Shown here: positions 19,839-29,173 of the stretch, piece after piece
How positions within the stretch are numbered: the first letter of the stretch is position 1
How the letters are laid out: each line of letters starts with the position of its first letter
Origin: Candidatus Hodarchaeota archaeon
Lineage (GTDB): Archaea; Asgardarchaeota; Lokiarchaeia; Sigyniarchaeales; SOKP01
Length of the DNA stretch: 64,000 nucleotides
Direction: 5' to 3'
Assembly (NCBI GenBank): GCA_048887225.1
Contig: JBHLJY010000009.1
Coordinates: 27,205 to 91,204 of the forward strand
Position numbers and translations under genes: made by a program
Notes under the pieces: model-generated
The model's database searches: none
What the model was told of the DNA's origin: nothing
What the model saw: only the letters and a program-made list of their open reading frames with translations

Positions 19839-20501
19839 TTATATGAAATAATATCTCTTTTTTAACCAATAAGGAAATAGATATAAGATAAGAATATCTG
19901 GATATCTTGTATCTCGATCACCAAAATTTTTATCTAAGTATAAAACAACAGAGTGAGGTTCATTATTGTTTTTACTTTTATGAACATAAGTAATGGGAGT
20001 TTTTGGTAATGTGGAATCTTCAATTATTTTTTTTGGAACTGGTATATGAATAATTTCATTACATTTTTCACATTTAATTAAGACATATCTAATAGCTGAG
20101 GATTTTTTTGCCTCATCATTTTTTTCTTTTTTTGTTGAAATAATGACGTCGATTGTCTTTGGTAATATTATATTAAAATCGTGATCGACTTCAAATATTA
20201 GGCAATGTATATTATTGTCTTTTTTATTTTCATGAATATAATTAATAAGCACTTCTCTCTTTTTCAATTCTAAAACTGGTTTTATAGGAATCGAAATTAA
20301 TACTTTTTTATTGCATCTTTTACAATCTATAATTACGGTCTTAAATTCTTTAGAATCAACTTTTTTTATCTTATCTAATAATACTTCTGACAAGGTTGGT
20401 GAATCTAATGAAATTGAGGCTTCCTTACGAGGCGGTGGTACGGGAGGAGCATGAAACTCGTCAAATTCATTTAATTCTTCTCTTCTTTTTTTTTCATTCA
20501 T
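19839..20501 (-). CDS. hypothetical protein with two CxxC...H...H repeats
   Basis: CKRC..YIH..H..VDHDF and CEKC..YVH..H..LDKNF; N-terminal PPVPPPR. Confidence 0.7.
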   Translation of the reverse strand: MNEKKRREELNEFDEFHAPPVPPPRKEASISLDSPTLSEVLLDKIKKVDSKEFKTVIIDCKRCNKKVLISIPIKPVLELKKREVLINYIHENKKDNNIHCLIFEVDHDFNIILPKTIDVIISTKKEKNDEAKKSSAIRYVLIKCEKCNEIIHIPVPKKIIEDSTLPKTPITYVHKSKNNNEPHSVVLYLDKNFGDRDTRYPDILILYLFPYWLKKRYYFI

Positions 20502-20714
20502 AATTAAAACTCGCCTCTTTAATTGTATTCAATATATTTAGGAATGAATCTATTTTAAAATTTAAATATTTTTTCTAATAAACAATACAATATTTACAAT
20601 GAATAAAGAAATTAGCATTTTAAGGTTTATTTTATATTGAGTAAATTATAAATTATCTTTACAATTATCTTTCACGCACAAATGTATCAATAATATATTA
20701 GTTGTTGTATAAAA

Positions 20715-21857
20715 ATGTCAGAAGTAAAATATAAAAAAGCTGCTCAAGTAATTGTAAAAGCGGGATTATTACCTTTTCCCATTAATGACACACTCTTAGA
20801 AATCTTAAAGCTTTTAATCGAGGAGGATGAATTAGATTTTATTATGGCTTTTAAAAGAAAACGTTCCCAAACTATAGAAGAATTAAAAAAGAGTAGTAAA
20901 ATGTCAGAAGAAGATATCTTAAAAAATGTAAAATCGTTAGCTAAAAAAGGAGTTATTTTTAATCAGCCTAGTTCTTCAGGCATTATGGTTTATAGGTTAT
21001 TACCTTTAATGATGGTCGGGCCTTTTGAATATATCTTCATGCAAAAACTCAGCTATTCCGAAAGAGAAAAGAAGTTTGCTACTCTCTTTAAGAAATTATT
21101 TAATGAGGTTAAAGACTTTATTCAAGATCATTTAGATATGTTCACACCCATTTTTGAAAAGTTACCCCCTATTGATCGGACTGTAGCTCTCTTAGATAAA
21201 AACGTATCTGGAAATGAAATTCAGCTCTCTGTCAATGAGGAAGTTGAGGCCCCAATTGAACAAATAATCACTGCTCAGAAAATAGAAACATTAATAGAAA
21301 AGTTTGATGACATTGCCGTCGGGCATTGTTTCTGCCGGCATCATAAAGATCTTTTGGGTCTTGGATGTAAAACAACTGATCTTAGAGAAAATTGTTTTGT
21401 TATGGGAAAATCTGCTCGATATATTTCTGAACAAGGATTTGGACGAATTATATCAAAAGAGGAAGCATTAAAAATATTAAAAGATTCTGAGGAAGCAGGT
21501 TTAGTTCATAAAGCATTCCACACTCATGAAGATTTATCTAAAGATGAGACAAGTATTTGCAATTGTTGTGAGGACTGCTGTGCGACATTCGAGTTATGGA
21601 GAGAGGGAGTACTACCTCTTATTAATGCAACAAATTATTTAGCAGGAGTAAATGAAGAATTGTGCATCGGATGCACAACATGTGTAGAAAAATGCCCAGT
21701 AAAAGCCATAGAATTAAATGATGAGAATAAAGCAGATGTAAACAAAGCTTACTGCATTGGATGTGGTATTTGCGCCCATTTTTGTCCTGAAGGAGCTATA
21801 TCATTACTAGAGGGGATGAGAAAGGTTTATATTCCACCGCCAAAATTAAGAAGCTAA
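20715..21857 (+). CDS. 4Fe-4S dicluster protein with N-terminal HTH
   Basis: CFCRH, C..ENC, ICNCCEDCC and two CxxCxxCxxxCP motifs; N-terminal TIEELKK..LAKKGVI. Confidence 0.85.
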   Translation: MSEVKYKKAAQVIVKAGLLPFPINDTLLEILKLLIEEDELDFIMAFKRKRSQTIEELKKSSKMSEEDILKNVKSLAKKGVIFNQPSSSGIMVYRLLPLMMVGPFEYIFMQKLSYSEREKKFATLFKKLFNEVKDFIQDHLDMFTPIFEKLPPIDRTVALLDKNVSGNEIQLSVNEEVEAPIEQIITAQKIETLIEKFDDIAVGHCFCRHHKDLLGLGCKTTDLRENCFVMGKSARYISEQGFGRIISKEEALKILKDSEEAGLVHKAFHTHEDLSKDETSICNCCEDCCATFELWREGVLPLINATNYLAGVNEELCIGCTTCVEKCPVKAIELNDENKADVNKAYCIGCGICAHFCPEGAISLLEGMRKVYIPPPKLRS

Positions 21858-21893
21858 TTTTATATAAATCTTTTTTATTTTTTCTTTTAAATA

Positions 21894-22274
21894 TTAAAAA
21901 TCTTTATTCTTTTCTATTCTTACAAAACATTCTGCCGCATATTCAAGATCTTCAAATTTTAATGGTTTTTCGAAAGAACGTAGTATTTCAGATATAAATT
22001 TCTCGCATAAACCTGAATTTAAAGTGCTTCCTCTTTTTTCAATTAATTGTTGTAGCTCATTAATAAAATTAAATTCTTTATTTACCTCGATTTCATCCGT
22101 AAGATTTGTTTCATGTTCCGCAATTTTAATAGGTTTAATCAGAGCTTCTTCTTTTTCCATTGATACCTCCTCACTTGTTTTAGGAAGTGATTTTACTGAA
22201 ATTTTTTTTGTGAACTTTATTTGGCTTGGAGATATGAATCTTTTCTTTTTTTCAGAATTGTTTTTTTCATCCAT
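21894..22274 (-). CDS. hypothetical protein
   Basis: ATG-started 126 aa ORF with a disordered N-terminus and helical C-terminus. Confidence 0.55.
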   Translation of the reverse strand: MDEKNNSEKKKRFISPSQIKFTKKISVKSLPKTSEEVSMEKEEALIKPIKIAEHETNLTDEIEVNKEFNFINELQQLIEKRGSTLNSGLCEKFISEILRSFEKPLKFEDLEYAAECFVRIEKNKDF

Positions 22275-22508
22275 TTTTCAGAGAGACCTATATTCTTTCT
22301 AATGATCGATGTTCACATACTCAATAGAAATGTAAATTGATTTTAAATTTATTAGACAAAAATAAAATAATTACTTTCCTTAATAATCTTTTACACATGG
22401 ATACATTTAATAACTTATTAAAAAATAATAAAAAATATTTAAGTTTGTTATTATAATATTTTTAAGAACCTTTATCAGTAAATATCTGATCTTTGCGATT
22501 TCAAGAAT

Positions 22509-23474
22509 ATGCCTTTAGATCCGAACCATTTAATAAAATTTTTTGAAAACATCTCAAATGATAAGTTTAGTTCAGAAATGTTATTTTTACTGATAAACAG
22601 AATCGATAAATTATGTTTTGAAGAATGTCAAATCGATAGAATTGCGTGTACGTTGACACCGATGTGTACCAGACGTTTTCTACTTAAATTAAGAATTAAG
22701 AACAATTTAACCATAGATGATCTTCCTCAATTTTGCTATAGTGTTCAAAAAAACACATTATATAGGGATTTCTATGGTAAGACCGTTGTTTACAAACCTT
22801 TTGATGCTTATTTATATTTAATAGATTTTCTAGACGTTTTTTTCCATGGGGATTATAGGAAATTAAATAAATTCATATCATTTAAAAATTGGGATGAAAC
22901 ATTCAAAATATTTGATGATAGAATTGATAGAGGGGAGGACTTTCGTTATCAATTAACAGGCAGTTATTTGATTTTCAAATACAGCGAAAGAATCCACATT
23001 ATTTTTATTAACGAAAATTATGCACTTTGTAATGCAAACAAGGAAAATATTGTCAATTTAGAGATATTGTATGGTTTATGTGAACTTCACAGAAAACTTT
23101 TCTTTCCTGAATTTAAGGTTAAATATAATCCTTCTAAGTTTGTAGAAATCTCAGCAATTGTGCCTAGGGATGTGATATTTAATATTTCTAGTAATCCTAA
23201 TCCTGAAGGGGATTTGTCAAAATTAGACGATTATTTCTGGAATTTATTTCCAAAAGATCTTGATGCATTAATAGAAATTTGTAAAGAAATAGATATACAT
23301 ATTGACGAGTATACACGTAATTTAGTTATTAAATTAAATCTAAATTTAGAAACGAATAAATATATTGGTGTAAGAAAACAACATTCGCTAAGATATAGAG
23401 ATTTAAGGTTTTTATTTAATTTTATTTATCGATTACATTTTGATTTTTACGAGTTGCATATATCAGATTTTTAA
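22509..23474 (+). CDS. hypothetical protein with N-terminal Cys cluster
   Basis: 321 aa ORF; CFEEC-x6-C-x5-C...FCY. Confidence 0.7.
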   Translation: MPLDPNHLIKFFENISNDKFSSEMLFLLINRIDKLCFEECQIDRIACTLTPMCTRRFLLKLRIKNNLTIDDLPQFCYSVQKNTLYRDFYGKTVVYKPFDAYLYLIDFLDVFFHGDYRKLNKFISFKNWDETFKIFDDRIDRGEDFRYQLTGSYLIFKYSERIHIIFINENYALCNANKENIVNLEILYGLCELHRKLFFPEFKVKYNPSKFVEISAIVPRDVIFNISSNPNPEGDLSKLDDYFWNLFPKDLDALIEICKEIDIHIDEYTRNLVIKLNLNLETNKYIGVRKQHSLRYRDLRFLFNFIYRLHFDFYELHISDF

Positions 23475-23493
23475 AAAAAAATTGAGTGATAAA

Positions 23494-24669
23494 ATGACAG
23501 AAACCGAAAATGATCAACAAAAAATGGAAAAAATTAAACAAATGATTGGAGAAGGAAGAATTGACGATACCGTAGATAAAATCTCGTTTTATTTAGGTCA
23601 GTCTACAGAAGAAAATTATATAGATCGATTAGAAAATGTTATTGAAACAATTTCACCTCTCCATGGAGGAAAGACTGTAATCAGGTTCTTAATAGAGCAC
23701 AATATTATCGATGTTCCTGGTTTATTAGAACATCTCTCTAAAAGGGATCCACTACTACGTTATTCGTTCTTGCTGTTATTGAAAGATATTTGCGAGAACG
23801 AGGGAGATTTATTTCTTCCATATAGTGAAAATTTGTTAAATTCCGACGACCCTAATGTACGAGAAGCCAATTTGCAATTGTTAATATTTATGCTGGGGGG
23901 AGAGAAAATAAGTATTGATCAAGAATCTCTCATTGAAGCGATAGCATCAAAACTAAAGGATGAAAAGGATTTTGTAGCAGAAAAAGCGATTCAAGTTTTA
24001 AAAACGATAGGTAAAAAGTCTCCATCAATTATAACTCGCATTCTTACTGATTATACCAAGGAATGCCCTGAAAACGAAGCTTTAAAGAATAGGATAGATG
24101 ATGTTCTAAAATCGATTGTTACAATAGAAAAAATTGAAGAAATTGTAGAGGAAGAAGAAGGAAAAATTCTCGAGAGAGAGAGAGAACTCAAAAAGAAAGA
24201 AATGGAACTAAAAAAAGAAAAATTAGATTTGGAAGAAAAGGTAACAGAACTGGAAGAAAAAGCTATAGTAGAAAAAGAAAAAGCATTAAAAATAAAAAAG
24301 GAATTACTGAAAGGAGAAGAAATAGAATTAATTGAAAAAGCCCGAAAAGAAATTATACCCGAAGGTTTAAAAAGATCGGAGATAAGCATTCTTGATAAGG
24401 AATTAGAACTGAAGAAAAAAGATTTAGAAATTAAAAAGAAGAAGTTAAAATTGGAAGAGAAAGAAAAAGAACTCGAAAAAAAAGCTATTCAAGAAAGAGA
24501 GAAAGCTCTTAAATTGAAAGAAGAATTAATTGAAAAAGAGAAACAATTATCCCAAGTTGAATTAGAATTAAAACGGAAGGAGATAAAGGAAAAAGAACGG
24601 GAAATTTTAGAAAAAGAAGCTCAAAAAGTCGATAAAAAATCGGGCGAGAATGATTCAAAATCTGATTAA
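23494..24669 (+). CDS. HEAT/ARM-repeat protein with long K/E-rich coiled-coil tail
   Basis: DPLLRYS, DPNVREA and DFVAEKA repeats, then about 170 aa of K/E heptads; ATG at 23494 has a GAGTGAT RBS (the track start at 23440 overlaps the upstream gene). Confidence 0.75.
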   Translation: MTETENDQQKMEKIKQMIGEGRIDDTVDKISFYLGQSTEENYIDRLENVIETISPLHGGKTVIRFLIEHNIIDVPGLLEHLSKRDPLLRYSFLLLLKDICENEGDLFLPYSENLLNSDDPNVREANLQLLIFMLGGEKISIDQESLIEAIASKLKDEKDFVAEKAIQVLKTIGKKSPSIITRILTDYTKECPENEALKNRIDDVLKSIVTIEKIEEIVEEEEGKILERERELKKKEMELKKEKLDLEEKVTELEEKAIVEKEKALKIKKELLKGEEIELIEKARKEIIPEGLKRSEISILDKELELKKKDLEIKKKKLKLEEKEKELEKKAIQEREKALKLKEELIEKEKQLSQVELELKRKEIKEKEREILEKEAQKVDKKSGENDSKSD

Positions 24670-24671
24670 GA

Positions 24672-25676
24672 TTATCTTTTATCTTTTTGCTCTGTTATTG
24701 GTGTAGAATGTAATCTATTTACTATTTTTCGAATCTCCTCAATTCTTACACTATTTGGAGGTAAACTTGTTTGAATATCTTTGGCAAGTTTGTAAGCCAA
24801 TTCAATGTAATTTAAGTCTTCTAGAAATTCGACAATTTGAATCTGATAATCAACATCTTTGGCCCTCTCTCCATATTCAAGTAATTTCTCTTTGAGTAAT
24901 CGATCTATTTTTTCAGTTCTTTCTACCCATTTAACTTTTTTCACTAATTGTTTGAAGCTGTTTATTATATTATACATTTCAGATTTCGGATAGTCATCTA
25001 TGTTCTTTAACACATAAAAAATATAAATTTCAGCTTTTTCCCAGCGTTTAAATTTTAAACATGTTTCTACTAAATCTAAGATTGCTAATTCATATAAGAA
25101 CTTAGATTCTATTTGTGGTATTATTTTTTCAAAAATCCAATCAATTAAATTAGGCTGATTAAATCTGTCGATTATATCGAGTAAGAATTTGAGTACTGCG
25201 TAGTAAATTTTTGCATTTTCTGTTTTAGTTGATGTTAGAAAAGAAATTAAACAATATTTTACTCTTCCCATAGCGTCTTCAAGATTAGGAGGTTTTTCAG
25301 CAAATTTGTAAAAAGCAGATTCTAAAATTGGTTTCATTTTGTCTTTGGCTTCAAAATCATAAATAAAATATTCACCCCAATTCGGGCTCAAACTAGCGGA
25401 TTCCTTTTGCATGCTACTTATTTTCTGTCGCTGTGGTCTTTTTATTTTTGGTTTTTGTGTTTTTAATTTTTCTGAAAGCAGTTTAGCTTGCTCTTCTGAT
25501 ATGATTTCAAGTATAATTTTGTCTTTTTCTTGAGGAACAATCATTTTGAAAAAGACTTCCTGATTTTCTTCAAATAATTCATCTCGTAAGCTTTTAGGAA
25601 AAGTAATTCCTGTTTTAGCTTTCTTTATAATATCCTCAAAAAAAAATTCTTCTTTAGATTTCTTTTCTTCCGACAT
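24672..25676 (-). CDS. AbrB/SpoVT-like N-terminal domain plus helical (TPR-like) region
   Basis: GITFPKSLRDEL..VFF..DKIILE resembles the AbrB motif; remainder is helical repeats. Confidence 0.5.
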   Translation of the reverse strand: MSEEKKSKEEFFFEDIIKKAKTGITFPKSLRDELFEENQEVFFKMIVPQEKDKIILEIISEEQAKLLSEKLKTQKPKIKRPQRQKISSMQKESASLSPNWGEYFIYDFEAKDKMKPILESAFYKFAEKPPNLEDAMGRVKYCLISFLTSTKTENAKIYYAVLKFLLDIIDRFNQPNLIDWIFEKIIPQIESKFLYELAILDLVETCLKFKRWEKAEIYIFYVLKNIDDYPKSEMYNIINSFKQLVKKVKWVERTEKIDRLLKEKLLEYGERAKDVDYQIQIVEFLEDLNYIELAYKLAKDIQTSLPPNSVRIEEIRKIVNRLHSTPITEQKDKR

Positions 25677-25715
25677 TTTATTTTATTCTCATAAAAAAAT
25701 TAAGAGTAAAAATGT

Positions 25716-26297
25716 TTAGCCCGTGATATTTACGAGCTCCACCCCTCTAACCACAAAATTCTGATCCACATAAGTTACTATCGCATGACCTTTATGTTGA
25801 TAGACAAGGGGAACAGGAAAAGATGTTGCGCTCTTAATCATACTTTTCTTAACATATAACGGGAGAGTTTTTTTACAGACTCTACAAAATACGTCAACTT
25901 TTTCAATCAAATCATCCAAATTTTCTATAATTTCATTCACGTGGCTCGTAAAATCTTTGAACACATTAGCAGAAACATTTCCATAGCTTAAAATAACATC
26001 AATGTCCCAGATTTCGTGAAATTTTCTATCTACATCTTCTAATATAGCTTCTAAAAGTTGAAATTGTGTCTCTTGATTACTGCCAATAGTATATAATAGA
26101 TTACCTTTTCTAATATATACAATTTTCATATTTCCTTTATTTAAATGAAAATAAATATCTTTAGTCGTATTTTCTTTAACGATGTTCAAATCTAAAATAT
26201 AGCTTCTAAAAGATTGAGGAGATTTCCATTCAAATAATGTCATTCCTTCGTTAGATATGTTAATAAAATTCAGATTATTTTGGATATTTTGAGCCAT
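25716..26297 (-). CDS. longin-like domain plus CxxC/H/H domain
   Basis: FINISNEGMTLF, KIVYIRKGNLLYTIGS, LEAILEDVDRKF, FKDF..VNEII longin-type pattern; C-terminal CRVC..YQH..H..VDQNF. Confidence 0.6.
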   Translation of the reverse strand: MAQNIQNNLNFINISNEGMTLFEWKSPQSFRSYILDLNIVKENTTKDIYFHLNKGNMKIVYIRKGNLLYTIGSNQETQFQLLEAILEDVDRKFHEIWDIDVILSYGNVSANVFKDFTSHVNEIIENLDDLIEKVDVFCRVCKKTLPLYVKKSMIKSATSFPVPLVYQHKGHAIVTYVDQNFVVRGVELVNITG

Positions 26298-26504
26298 TTT
26301 AATTTTAGTATGTATCTTTTAGCATCCTATATATTATTTCTTTAAGGGTTTAAATTATTTATATATTTTTATATTTATGGTCTAACGACTAAAATATAGA
26401 TATTTTACGATATTTTAAAAATAGTTATGCTGGACAAAAATTTTTAAGTTTTTTTTATTTTGGTTATTACAAATTATAAAAAATGAAATAAATCTGAAGC
26501 TGAA

Positions 26505-27347
26505 ATGAATAAAAAAAAAATTTATAGAGACCTCAGTTATTTTCAAGAAACATATTTAGATGAAGATTATAAAAATATATCATTTAAAATAATTTTAATC
26601 CAACCCGAACACGCTGGAAATATAGGTTCTATAGCGCGTGTAATGAAAAATTTCAATTTTAAACATTTGGTAATATTTAATCCTATAGAAGCTGTTGAAC
26701 GCATTTTAAGTTATGAGACCCAAGGTTTCGCAATGGCGGCAAAAGAGATTCTATTAAATTCTGAAATAATTACGATTGATAAATATAAAAATCATATAAC
26801 CGAGCTCACAGAATATCTTAAAAAATTCGATTTAGTTTTAGCAACAACAGCAAAAGGAAAGAGATATACAAATATTGAAAGACTAGCGATTTTTCCTGAA
26901 GATTTGTCAATTCCAAAATCCAAGATGCCTTTAAATATTGCAGTTTTGTTTGGGAAGGAATCACGAGGCTTAACAAATGAGGAAATAAGCTGTGCAGATA
27001 TTATTTTAAGAATCCCGACGAGTAATAAATATTCAGCTTTAAATTTATCTCATGCTTGCGGAATAATTCTATACGAGATTTTCAAGAAAATCCATATGCT
27101 AAATATTGGAAGAGGTGAGCATCCTGTTTTACTTGCGGGTAAAGAAGGTCGCAATTTACTCTATTCATTCGTAAATAATCTAATTGAAAAATTGAAAATA
27201 AGAAATTATAAAGAACAAAATGTATATTTTGCTTTTAAAAATATATTTGAGAGAGCAATAATATCTAAAAAAGAATTAGGTCTTATTATCGGTCTTTTTT
27301 CCAAATTGGACTCTGTTTTAAAAGATATAAGGCTTTATGAAAAATAG
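26505..27347 (+). CDS. trmJ: SPOUT RNA methyltransferase, TrmJ/TrmH family
   Basis: PEHAGNIGSIARVMKNF, FGKESRGLTNEE, IPT..YSALNLSHACGIILYE. Confidence 0.85.
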   Translation: MNKKKIYRDLSYFQETYLDEDYKNISFKIILIQPEHAGNIGSIARVMKNFNFKHLVIFNPIEAVERILSYETQGFAMAAKEILLNSEIITIDKYKNHITELTEYLKKFDLVLATTAKGKRYTNIERLAIFPEDLSIPKSKMPLNIAVLFGKESRGLTNEEISCADIILRIPTSNKYSALNLSHACGIILYEIFKKIHMLNIGRGEHPVLLAGKEGRNLLYSFVNNLIEKLKIRNYKEQNVYFAFKNIFERAIISKKELGLIIGLFSKLDSVLKDIRLYEK

Positions 27348-27350
27348 ATT

Positions 27351-29024
27351 TCATTTTTGAATAGGATATTTTCCCACAGTTTTTGTAGCCCTTATTATAG
27401 TTCTGATATGTTCAGGGGGTAAATCTCTAGGAATCTCACAACCAAAAGCTAGCCAATAGCCTCCTCCCTCAGCAGCAATTTTTATATGATCAGAACAATC
27501 ATCATAAACTTGTTTTGGACTTGCTGTCATAAGTTGATTGTAATCCAAGTTACCCATGATGGTTACTTCATTTCCAATTAATTTTTTAGCCCATGCCAAA
27601 TCTACTTGATAATCAAATTGAATAGCGCCTCCTGGGTTAGTTTCTCTTGCAAAGTGAATGCATTGGGGGACATAACCACAGCAATGAATTAAAACTTTTA
27701 ATCCTAATTTATTAATTTTATTACAAGCTTTTTTTTCTGGTTCAAGGCAAAATCTTTTGAAGAATTCTGGCGACATAAAATAAGCTGCTGTCTCACCCAT
27801 TCCTACTATATCAGCACCAGCCTCATACATAGAACGAGCAATTTCGACCCCCCAATCCGCATACCAATTTAGGATTTCATCAAATTCGTCTGGATGATCT
27901 AAAATATAGAAGAATTGCATAGGATCTGCTCCTGCTAAAAGTGTAACCCCTTGGAAAGGTCCTTCAAGCCATCCAATGATAGGCACATCATCTCCGACTT
28001 TCTTTTTCGCTATTTCTATTCCGTTTATAGTGGCAGTTAATCGACCAGAATTCATAGGATCAGGCATATCAAGATTTTTGAAATCGTTATACAGATTTCC
28101 GTGCCTCAGTACTGGTTCTACAATACGGGGTACATCGTCTTCGGGAAAATCAATCTTGGCTCCACATGCTTCAGCATAGATTCCTACATCTGAAGAAAAA
28201 CAAAGAGCATCCCATCCAAAATCATTATAAGCTTTTAATTGTCCTCTTGAAATTGCTTCGGCCTCACTTACATAGATTGAGAACGGAATTCCTATATATT
28301 TTGCGGAAAAAGTTTGAGCAAAAGGCATAAAAGGCACTCTATCAGGCTCTTTATGTTTAAGAGAGGTCATAACACGGTCGTAAGGTGTCATTTCTGCTTT
28401 AAGATCATCTGAAAATTCCTTAACTTTTAAAACTAATTCGTTGACATCTTTTACATAAGCATCAACATTTAATTTATTCGCTATAGCTTGAGATCCAGCA
28501 GGACCACTGAGTATTGTTCTTATTTTATGCCTAGCCCCTCGCTTCCATAGTTCATTCTCCAACTTAGCAACATCATCTTGAGTTTGCATTAAATAAATAG
28601 CTGACGCTACAATTCTAGCATTTGATTCGACAGCAGTCTGTGCGATTTTCTCTGGAGATATATCTGAACCAGCATCAATGACTTCAAAACCATGCGCCTT
28701 CAAATTGGCAGCTACAATCGCAGTGCCAATAGTCCATGGACCCCCCATAACACCCAATACAATCTTTTCTTCAGGTGGCTTTGATTGATCTGATAACCCG
28801 AGCGATTGTACTCCTACTTCAAAAGCTGCAGCAGACATAATTATATTGTCAAGATACATTCCTTTTGTATTGTATTTTTCAGAAACTTCAGTTAAACCAG
28901 AAGATAAGGCTTGAATAATTTCTTGAGAAGAAATATTTCTTTTTGCTTTCCTTACTAATCTACCTAAAGTCTTATATTCGCCCCTAATCGTTGCCTCCGT
29001 AATTTGTTCAAGAATACTAGACAT
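27351..29024 (-). CDS. corrinoid (B12-binding)-like domain fused to MtaA/CmuA-type (UroD-fold) methyltransferase
   Basis: B12 cap (ALSSGLTEVSEKY) plus Rossmann segment GFEVIDAGSD; then MTPYDRV..EPDRVP, EACG, GPF, HCCG, MGNLD, GCEIP. Confidence 0.85.
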   Translation of the reverse strand: MSSILEQITEATIRGEYKTLGRLVRKAKRNISSQEIIQALSSGLTEVSEKYNTKGMYLDNIIMSAAAFEVGVQSLGLSDQSKPPEEKIVLGVMGGPWTIGTAIVAANLKAHGFEVIDAGSDISPEKIAQTAVESNARIVASAIYLMQTQDDVAKLENELWKRGARHKIRTILSGPAGSQAIANKLNVDAYVKDVNELVLKVKEFSDDLKAEMTPYDRVMTSLKHKEPDRVPFMPFAQTFSAKYIGIPFSIYVSEAEAISRGQLKAYNDFGWDALCFSSDVGIYAEACGAKIDFPEDDVPRIVEPVLRHGNLYNDFKNLDMPDPMNSGRLTATINGIEIAKKKVGDDVPIIGWLEGPFQGVTLLAGADPMQFFYILDHPDEFDEILNWYADWGVEIARSMYEAGADIVGMGETAAYFMSPEFFKRFCLEPEKKACNKINKLGLKVLIHCCGYVPQCIHFARETNPGGAIQFDYQVDLAWAKKLIGNEVTIMGNLDYNQLMTASPKQVYDDCSDHIKIAAEGGGYWLAFGCEIPRDLPPEHIRTIIRATKTVGKYPIQK

Positions 29025-29173
29025 TTATAGACATCTTTTTCAATCAATCAAATATATTAATTATTTACAAGTAAGTATTGATTGAATTTCTATAAAAATT
29101 TTTAAGAATTAATTATTTATAAGTATAAATATTTTTGAGTTTCAGTTTAATAGGTTTTTCTTTGAGGTCCAAT

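Noticed and set aside
23440-23493. Track start of the HEAT-coil ORF at 23440
   Set aside because: It overlaps the upstream gene; the ATG at 23494 has a GAGTGAT RBS and is preferred
27351-29024. Pyrrolysine or selenocysteine recoding in the methyltransferase
   Set aside because: The ORF is uninterrupted, with no in-frame TAG/TGA, and it is MtaA-like rather than MttB/MtmB-like
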